DNA of 48,861 nucleotides, filler included, from Catajapyx aquilonaris (lineage: Eukaryota), in NCBI GenBank assembly GCA_000934665.2. It is 2 parts of 2 records of this genome, joined end to end, with 100 filler letters (N's around TTAATTAATTAA, not from the genome) between each part and the next. Parts side by side here need not be neighbours in the genome. Positions count along the whole stretch, not along the records: positions 24,484 to 48,861 come from JYFJ02005526.1; 1 more part is not named here. One strand, given 5' to 3'. Numbering within the stretch: position 1 is the stretch's first letter; each line of letters begins with the position of its first letter. Made by a program: the position numbers and the translations under genes. The notes under the pieces are model-generated. The model saw only the letters and a program-made list of their open reading frames with translations. It made no database searches and had not been told where the DNA came from. This document shows, one piece after another, positions 47,795 through 48,861 of the stretch.

Positions 47795-48489
47795 ATTAGA
47801 GGCTATTTTTTCAATAGAGAAAAATTTGCAGTTTGGGATTATGTGATTTGAGTTGAGCCTTTGAAATCAAGGCACAAAGATTTAAAAAGTGAAATGTATA
47901 CCCCTATTTGTTGATTCAGACAGGGGGTTGAACATGGGATCAGTTTATGTTGAGGTTGTCATTTGGTCTCTTCAGCCTCCTTACTGACATGAGATTCAAA
48001 TGCACACATTGTAAATATCCTGGACGTACACATTCTTCCAGGTGACCATGCCTTTTACGTTTAAATTGTAGGTGTTACCATGAAATTTGATTTGATCCGC
48101 AATCTCGTTAGGTGCAGCAGGCAGTTGCTGAGGCAATGGAAGTATTTCAGGGTGTAACCATTATGTAGAAAATGGTATAAAGCACCCTTTTCTTACCGAT
48201 GATCTCAGTAATGAATCTGTGAAGCCCTAATGGCCCTTCTGCATGAAGTCATGGTCTGGTGCCCAGGCATTCACTCCAGATGTCTCTGAGTCATTTTGAA
48301 CTACACTGTGTAAGCATTTTCCGGGTGGGGGGCTGGAGGGGTGTCGGTGTCTGGAAAGCATGCAGCAGTCCAAAGCATCAGATTGCAACTGACTTTTTCC
48401 TTAATTACGTAAGACTCAAGTCTTAGTTGTGACATTTTAAAAAGGTTTTTCCAATCCCATTTGCCTTCCATTTATAATAAAGAAAGTAA

Positions 48490-48680
48490 CCGAAGCAGGT
48501 TGGTGTAGTGGATTTGGAGTCCGCCTGCTAATCGGGAGTTCCTGGGTTCGAATCCCGGGGCCGGTGACCCTGACCGTGGTTTTCTGTGGTTTCCCATGGT
48601 CCCCCCAGGATAATTCCGGGGTCGTTTCCGTAAAATATAGGCCACAGCCGCTTCCTTACGTCCCTATCCTATCCCAAAAA
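48490..48680 (+). mobile_element. tRNA-derived SINE (second family)
   Basis: A-box TGGTGTAGTGG, B-box GGTTCGAATCC, followed by a non-tRNA body (gttttctgtggtttccc..aggccacagccgcttcctt) and a short A run. Confidence 0.7.
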
Positions 48681-48861
48681 GCAATGTAAAATGAAAGCGA
48701 AGAGTTCCAGTCAAAACAAAATTGGTATGAACTCCCCCCCTAAATAGTGCAGGAGGTACTCCAAAAAAAGCGGCAAATCGTGATAAAAGCAAGCCGCTTT
48801 GCAGGATTGTAGTTAAGACCAAAATAAGCGATTTTGCCCGTGGCGCCATCTTTTTCGTCCC

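Noticed and set aside
48490..48570. Possible tRNA gene
   Set aside because: A and B boxes are present, but I could not form a convincing acceptor stem or cloverleaf, and it continues into a SINE-like body.

Overview
Eukaryotic (arthropod-type) genomic DNA in two blocks joined by an artificial 100-bp contig linker (N44-TTAATTAATTAA-N44, 24384-24483). Left block: a minus-strand tandem array of six-exon secreted acid-lipase (lipase 3/LIPA-like, alpha/beta-hydrolase) genes with eight apparently intact copies of about 407 aa, one internally deleted pseudogene and one small remnant. An intronless divergent ionotropic receptor (IR) gene lies on the opposite strand in the middle of the array, and its last codons appear to come from the lipase 3' flank. 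After the array come a foldback/MITE and a frameshifted Helitron-like PIF1 helicase followed directly by a ubiquitin-specific protease (C19) domain. Right block: nine internal exons of protein kinase N (HR1b, HR1c, C2-like and linker regions; first exons and kinase domain not seen). An 8-kb PKN intron holds a two-exon, about 918-aa same-strand ORF that is either a nested gene or an alternative PKN N-terminus. The PKN introns contain many MITEs, palindromes and microsatellites, and two tRNA-derived SINEs lie downstream of the last exon found. All calls come from reading the sequence and recognising motifs; no searches were run.
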